This document shows positions 62,601 to 64,000 of a stretch of 64,000 nt of DNA, piece after piece. The notes below the pieces were generated by a model, which had not been told where the DNA came from, made no database searches, and saw only the letters and a list, made by a program, of their open reading frames with translations. Position 1 is the stretch's first letter. Each line of letters begins with the position of its first letter. Source of the DNA: a virus; IMG/VR virus record IMGVR_UViG_3300010370_000027, one strand, 5' to 3'. The translations under genes and the position numbers were made by a program.

Positions 62601-63263
62601 GACAGCCTTTATTCTTCCTGCGAGATTTCCGAAGATTAGATAGGAGGGGACGCCCGACTCGTTCATCTTCTCGATGTTCTTGGCGGTGTCCACGATGGCG
62701 CGTGAGGACTCTGACTTCAAGTCACCAAATGCATCTCTAACGTTCTCAAGCGCCTCGAGAAGCTCGTTTGAGCCGCCTGTTGAGGCCATCTTGAAGAGTC
62801 CAGCCATCATCTTGAAGGGTATGGCAAGTATTGACTTTCCTACTTCAAATATACCGTCAGCAACGCTGAAGAAGAAGCCGAGAACTCCTCGGCCAAGCGC
62901 GACCACGTTCTTAAATCCTTGAGCGAGGCCCGTGAGAGCTCCTCCTACAAGCGATAGACCCTTTATTAGCTTGGAACCGGATCCGGAGACTTCTTTGAAA
63001 GCTTTAGACGCATCGCGTGATGCCTTCTCGTTCTTCAGTACTTCCTTTGTGACCTTCTTCCAGGCGTCTGGATTTAGAGCCTTGTTGTCTTGCTGAGAAA
63101 GACCGGACATGATCTTGGAGACTTCTTCCATTGCGTCACGCATTTGCGTGATGACTTTGAGCTGCTTCTGGAAAGAGTCGAGGGCTTCCTCTGCATACTT
63201 TCCGGCCATTTTGACGTTTTCAGCAAGCTCACCAGCCGCTTTAGGATCGATCTCACCAGCCAT
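59607..63263 (-). CDS. Tail tape measure protein
   Basis: 1218 aa, Ala/Gly/Met-rich and helical, hydrophobic segments, downstream of the chaperone genes. Confidence 0.8.
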   Translation of the reverse strand: MAGEIDPKAAGELAENVKMAGKYAEEALDSFQKQLKVITQMRDAMEEVSKIMSGLSQQDNKALNPDAWKKVTKEVLKNEKASRDASKAFKEVSGSGSKLIKGLSLVGGALTGLAQGFKNVVALGRGVLGFFFSVADGIFEVGKSILAIPFKMMAGLFKMASTGGSNELLEALENVRDAFGDLKSESSRAIVDTAKNIEKMNESGVPSYLIFGNLAGRIKAVTEMAQGMGAAFQVFQGEVEENGTAMMLYQRGLGITNEQMSTIASNAMRMGTSIAKVQNEMTKQALGMSKAFGVNAKVISKDMAKAMSDLAHFGHLSTKEMAVAATFANKLGVSVDKLTAIMDQTATYDQAAEGMSKLNEQYGTNLDATEVMMAQNPAEKVELLRKAFAATGKDMSKLTYQDRMFIKQQTGMSDELMNSAFAAKNAGVSLDRMKTEAEKAEKATMSQTEAIKALGDSIKRTFPSGSGGHGGIMDHFLDGFFRGIQTSKEFIGMMMNIRQVLRIATQEGVKFGREFVNLFPGVKEIFTGIKEVFDPARFRKMFDGVFKALDVFRVSGSGKIEDFVERIKAVFADFTSGGAGEKVKEGFKKFGKAVLGILIATGEWAFNALKDTYKKIVHEFEDPGPTTRAVMQHMTKAISDLSVWITSAAVPFVVNAVESFTNWLKPNELRRNLPPASKVVSTVMEAFKPLGRALMDAGEKLSGPLARLGAVIVDKLWQAVQSVWDAMPWEQKLTILFVKFGPALVNGFVAIGGTAGLKTAAAWVSSFVAGIGAAPAVLAAAVAAALAGIVFGTQWLKDSYAKAREESQKETESFYEDLGKDIDPKSRMQKLQKEMEDASKQAGKTGSWFDRTVDSIFGSGDEHAGHVRRFEAAQQNLWSELRAEAGRSNERVQKLIAENTQGTKEWIAKNSEKALKELGPVTIENATERFKKIEEMSKKVMSKDFDIQGKLDAIRAKLSGINWFIMDEPQQLQMNTALARLQTVQQIMANIADIGGTTKVAADKLAALGNAFSPDSAAMKAVSKDGNLSKAINATKDMFAGENKIDVSAIQTASIGLENARKMFQDAAGLSSSMTEFSNSISSSEGVARQGIARTLKAVEDMVAATKKMDAALASIDKIDIGARLTQVAGAMGLGGSASKTYTVQSKEVVLNVTFNVTMDAQELEKVMIGNKKSVIRDRINFALDRGAKSDTNTKNALLKSTPASITGYYGSDIPGSL

Positions 63264-63277
63264 GTCTTACACCCGGC

Positions 63278-63574
63278 TCAGAGTGGCCAACGGACTCCTA
63301 GCGTCCTCTCAAACTCGACAGCTGTAATATGCTTGAGCTTAAGCTTCTGAGAGATCGACTCGACGGTTGCTCCAGGTCTACGAAGCTCCTCTTGGAATCT
63401 CTTTGAGGCCATAAGGGCATTTGCAATCGCTCGTATCTCTTGCTGTGTGCCCCTTATCTTAGTGTTGACAGACTTACCGACGAGCCAAGCACCAATAGAA
63501 GCCAAGAGAAGCTTTCCAGTCAAACTACTGTAAACTTCTTCCTTCAGTATCTCCGGGTTTTGAGTAGACTCCAT
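63278..63574 (-). CDS. Hypothetical protein
   Basis: GAGGTG Shine-Dalgarno before MESTQ. Confidence 0.65.
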   Translation of the reverse strand: MESTQNPEILKEEVYSSLTGKLLLASIGAWLVGKSVNTKIRGTQQEIRAIANALMASKRFQEELRRPGATVESISQKLKLKHITAVEFERTLGVRWPL

Positions 63575-63629
63575 GCAACGCACCTCTTAACAGTGTAAAT
63601 AAGAAGTAGCAAAAAAATATGACGACAAA

Positions 63630-63902
63630 TTAAGTAAAACGACGAAGTCTGGACGGTGACTGCTCTCGGGTTCGTCCCTGCATCGACCGTGTCTCAGGAG
63701 AGTTCTGGTGAAGCGCTCTTGATTGTGTCTGACCAGACTCTGATGTTCTACTTAATTCTTTGTTAATTCTCTCTATGAACCACCGCTTGTAGAATACAGG
63801 CATTTTCTGTATCTCTCCCCACGTGAAGCCGCCGTAGTATATCAGGAGAAACGCCGGCTCCATTATGAGGAGTTCTCTATCTTCCGGACGAAGGCCAAAG
63901 AA
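63630..63902 (-). CDS. Tail assembly chaperone, second reading frame (probably reached by frameshift)
   Basis: Frame reads FFGLRPEDRELLIMEPAFLLIYYGGFTWGEIQKMPVFYKRWFIER; first ATG at 63863. Confidence 0.65.
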   Translation of the reverse strand, partial: FFGLRPEDRELLIMEPAFLLIYYGGFTWGEIQKMPVFYKRWFIERINKELSRTSESGQTQSRALHQNSPETRSMQGRTREQSPSRLRRFT

Positions 63903-64000
63903 ACGTGACGCCGAGGGGCATGCTGACCTCCTCTTCGTGACCGCAGGACGAACATGTTGTCTCCTGCTTCATAACGATGCCAGGCTCTTGATCTCTCATG
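63877..64000 (-). CDS. Tail/baseplate assembly chaperone (T4 gp26/gp51-like), C-terminal part
   Basis: Manual translation MRDQEPGIVMKQETTCSSCGHEEEVSMPLGVTFLWPSSGR*; CxxC followed by FxWP. Confidence 0.7.
   Translation of the reverse strand, partial: MRDQEPGIVMKQETTCSSCGHEEEVSMPLGVTFLWPSSGR

Noticed and set aside
1-64000. Stop-codon reassignment
   Set aside because: Long conserved genes are intact in the standard code, and TAA, TAG and TGA all end genes
1-64000. CRISPR array, tRNA or rRNA genes
   Set aside because: No repeat-spacer pattern or cloverleaf seen, and intergenic gaps are short; a tRNAscan/Infernal run would be needed to be certain

Overview
A 64-kb segment of a large (probably jumbo) tailed-phage genome, myovirus-like and read with the standard genetic code. 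Almost every real gene is on the minus strand; the one credible plus-strand gene is 31534..31872. In transcription order (high to low coordinates) it holds: a tail module (chaperone pair with a likely +1 frameshift, tape measure, baseplate-type proteins); replication and recombination genes (truncated PolA, gp32-like SSB, RecA, dUTPase, an actin-like ATPase, 5'-3' exonuclease, helicase, class II RNR, ThyX, Tmk); accessory and stress genes (Hsp20, DNA methyltransferase, LD-carboxypeptidase, HNH, Dps, SOD, nitrilase, pterin dehydratase, ClpP); a nucleotide-metabolism block around dnaE; a probable lysis trio; and DNA repair genes (PolX, second 5'-3' exonuclease, NUDIX, MBD4-like glycosylase). The main observations are: (1) a candidate new cytosine-modification pathway (kinase fused to a truncated dCMP-type thymidylate-synthase domain, a second ThyX with altered active site, NDT hydrolase, all-alpha NTP pyrophosphatases, two NDP-sugar epimerases); (2) a short amphipathic N-terminal leader shared by about 20 unrelated ORFs, possibly a capsid-targeting and maturation signal; (3) two promoter classes, a sigma70-like motif with an 18-bp spacer and a putative late ATANTTA motif, both often placed to give leaderless mRNA; (4) a three-gene nucleotidyltransferase/ligase/phosphoesterase operon; (5) a phage actin. 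All product calls come from motif recognition by eye; no database searches were run.
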